Below are positions 61,617 through 64,000 of a stretch of DNA of 64,000 nt, piece by piece. Origin of the DNA: Eutreptiella sp. 'Long Island Sound 2002' (taxonomy: Eukaryota; Protista; Euglenida). The DNA is taken from assembly GCA_964036045.1 (NCBI GenBank), contig OZ038378.1, positions 172,422,001-172,486,000 on the forward strand, in the 5' to 3' direction. Each line of letters starts with the position of its first letter. Position 1 is the first letter of the stretch. The notes below the pieces were generated by a model. It worked only from the letters and a program-made list of their open reading frames with translations, did no database searches and had not been told where the DNA came from. The translations under genes and the position numbers were made by a program.

Positions 61617-62000
61617 CAAATGCCCCCCAGTATGCCCATTCATGGTAGGGTCGTGCTGCATTGCTGGCCCATACAACCAAACAAGGGGTCTTGACCAACC
61701 CATGTGGGGAGTTACTGTTGGTGCTATTTGCAGGGGGCTGAGCCCCAGCACCTAATGACACACTATTTGCCACCACACCTTATCACCACACAGTGAGACA
61801 CAAGGGTGTGTGTGCATTCATGCGGTGAGTGGGGTAAGGCACACGTACATCGCTAAGATAACATATCAACAGGCACATTGCAAGGTGCACAGGTATGTAC
61901 CCCTAGTGACCTTGCTAGTTGCCCTCAACGAGGAAGCCCATGAGATGTTGCGCCACAGCCTCCAGTTCCATGGTCTAATGGTGAGGTCAGATTTTCACTC

Positions 62001-62249
62001 TACCTTCCCCCCCCCCGTGTCCATCCCCCCCCCTTGTCCATCCCCCCCCCCCCCAGGGGGGGAACCGTCACTTGGCCCATGAACAATAAGAAATCAATAG
62101 GAAATCACAGGCGCCGAAGGTGCTGAAGAAAATTTTTAACTGGGTTATACTAGAATTGGCTGGTCGGGAGTGGTGTACGGTCCCCCCCCCCCCCCCAGGG
62201 GGGGAACCGTCGTCCCTTGGGGGGGGATGGACATGGGGGGGGGAAGGTA
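62001..62249. mobile_element. MITE with ~30-bp TIRs TACCTTCCCCCCCCCC.TGTCCATCCCC
   Basis: The left arm 62001-62030 pairs with 62220-62249, and the terminal TA may be the target site. A partial relative lies at ~48330-48410. Confidence 0.75.
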
Positions 62250-63264
62250 TGTTGTGGTGTCTGCGCCAAAGTGTGACTCAATGATGCAAACAATGGGAAC
62301 AATGAATTCTACACAGCTGACAGACAGTGCTTGTCCCCCCCCCCCCCCCGGTCTAATAATGTCTTTCAATTAGGTCACACACACACACCCTGTCTAAGCT
62401 ACGGTTTATCCTGCAGCATGGCACGTAGTTTGGGTAATTAATCATCTCAGAACAGGGAACATGTAGTGGTGCATACACAGAGGCAATTTTTTTTTACACA
62501 GCCTACATTCGCCCCCTCCAATGTTTGTCCCCTCCAGTGGCAGTAATGTGCCAACACTACCATTACAATTCCCTAGCATCCCTTGACCATGTGCCATTTA
62601 TTTCAGAATGATATCGTATATTCTCCCATTTGGGCCTTTTCTCTTCACAAACGGTGCACTTGTTGCCCGTCTCCGCTTTGGAGTCCCCAGGATGGCACAA
62701 TTCATGCAGCAATTTGCGTTCTCTCTGGTGAGGTCTCTGTGGTCGACTTCGGTGAGAAGTGAAAGCATGCTTTGCATGTGCTGTATTGCACTGACAAATA
62801 TAATCAGTGCCTACAGACCGTGTCATGTGAGCCACACTCCTCTGGAGAGTTTGCAGCATGCACTACAAAATGTCCTGCACCTGTTCTGATCCCGGCGGTT
62901 GTGATCCAGGAGGCAGTGGGATGAGATAGGCCACCCAGAAATGCGGGTGGACAAAGCTGCGTGATACATTTTCACTCGGTGGATGATCACAACTTTTCTT
63001 ATTTGCACACTATGCTCTCAGTGCACGTTGCCCTTCGCTCCTTCAAGCGTCTCCCATCTTTTATTCGCATTCTCCCTGGCTCATGTGATTTGCAATCGTT
63101 GCTCTTCGGCTGCGCAACGCCTTTGAGCGCCTGGATGCGACATCAGTGTCGGAAGCTGAACCCAGAGCATCGGAATGCCCACTTGAACACCATCAACGCA
63201 ACCAGCAGCACCTGGCCCTTACCGTGTGCTAATGTAGCAGCGGTCTGATTGTTTTGGCTGTGCC

Positions 63265-64000
63265 ATGCCTGGGCGGACATCGCCCATCCTGCTACTCGCT
63301 TTGCATTTGATACAACTCGCACAGAGCGTGAAGGGCTGTCACTTCGAACCAGACGCACCGCAGCTTGTCTGCTTGGAATTAGATCCTGGTGGATGCATCG
63401 CGCTGGCTTACCGCCATCGCGGGTCATCCTGCACGCATGTTTGCAACGAAAATGGAATGTCTTGCGTTGAGGCGTGGGATCCGGAACGTGACGGCTGTGT
63501 CAAGAAAGAACAGTGGGGCTGTGACCAGCTCGCCTCTGCAATGCTGTGCCACTGCCAGCCATCTGCAACACAGCAGAACCCGTTGGCCCTCGGCCTCATC
63601 ATTGGCCTGTCCATTCTGATCGTCGTGCTCGGTTGCATTTTGTGGTTCCTGTGGAGTTGTTATCGCCGCCGTAGGGCTCTGGACCGGGTCAAGTGTGACG
63701 CACTCAACGCTCATGACCCAGTGCCAAATCCTGCGGAGGATCTTCTGGGCCTGCCCGTTGGCCTCGAGATCAGCAACAGCTCCCCGCCCCCACCCCCCGG
63801 TCTCGCTGTGGGTGGAAACCCGGACCTTGCGGAGATGCGGGTGCAGCATGCCCCATCCCACACCCCCGTCCCAGCCTCGCTACCCGTCATACCCGCAGCG
63901 CTGGGAGTCCCCGAGCCTTGTTTTCTATCCCCCGCCGTTCCCCCGGCGGTGGAGCACCGTGACAGTCCCGCCCGGGCGCCCCCCAGCCCGCCGTACCTCC
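63265..64000 (+). CDS. Type I single-pass membrane protein with a Cys-rich ectodomain (3' truncated by window end)
   Basis: My own translation has no stop to 64000: MPGRTSPILLLALHLIQLAQSVKG (signal peptide), a Cys-rich segment SCTHVCNENGMSCVEAWDPERDGCVKKEQWGCDQLASAMLCHC, a TM segment LALGLIIGLSILIVVLGCILWFLWSCY followed by RRRR (positive-inside), then a Pro-rich tail. Confidence 0.75.
   Translation, partial: MPGRTSPILLLALHLIQLAQSVKGCHFEPDAPQLVCLELDPGGCIALAYRHRGSSCTHVCNENGMSCVEAWDPERDGCVKKEQWGCDQLASAMLCHCQPSATQQNPLALGLIIGLSILIVVLGCILWFLWSCYRRRRALDRVKCDALNAHDPVPNPAEDLLGLPVGLEISNSSPPPPPGLAVGGNPDLAEMRVQHAPSHTPVPASLPVIPAALGVPEPCFLSPAVPPAVEHRDSPARAPPSPPYL

Overview
Eukaryotic (protist) genomic DNA with GC-rich exons, 1-2.6 kb introns and intergenic tracts packed with short inverted-repeat elements (MITEs), poly-C/G runs and decayed retroelements. 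The repeat style suggests a euglenid; this is inference, not a database result. Five + strand genes are supportable. (1) A 5-exon protein of about 1150 aa (8408-19011, start uncertain) combining a coiled coil, MORN repeats, an RVxF PP1-docking motif and a C-terminal CAP-Gly domain. (2) A 4-exon NIMA-related (NEK) kinase (25251-32333, 622 aa). (3) A monoglyceride-lipase-like alpha/beta hydrolase whose nucleophile Ser is replaced by Gly (39468-40325). (4) An intronless F-box-like plus CCCH-finger protein (50235-51677). (5) A multi-pass membrane protein (exon 56223-56756). A sixth gene, a type I membrane protein with a Cys-rich ectodomain, starts at 63265, runs off the window and is missing from the ORF track. 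Mobile DNA includes a decayed tyrosine-recombinase (DIRS/Ngaro-like) element, a probable LINE remnant, two PIF/Harbinger-type elements with intact 3-bp target-site duplications (TSDs) but unrelated interiors (one carrying a Tudor/SH3-like coding fragment), a foldback-like element and several MITE families. The most notable observations are the AG|GTC splice donors, a ~400-bp inverted repeat bracketing the CAP-Gly exon, the Harbinger cargo and the pseudo-hydrolase. No rRNA, tRNA, CRISPR array or telomeric array was recognised.
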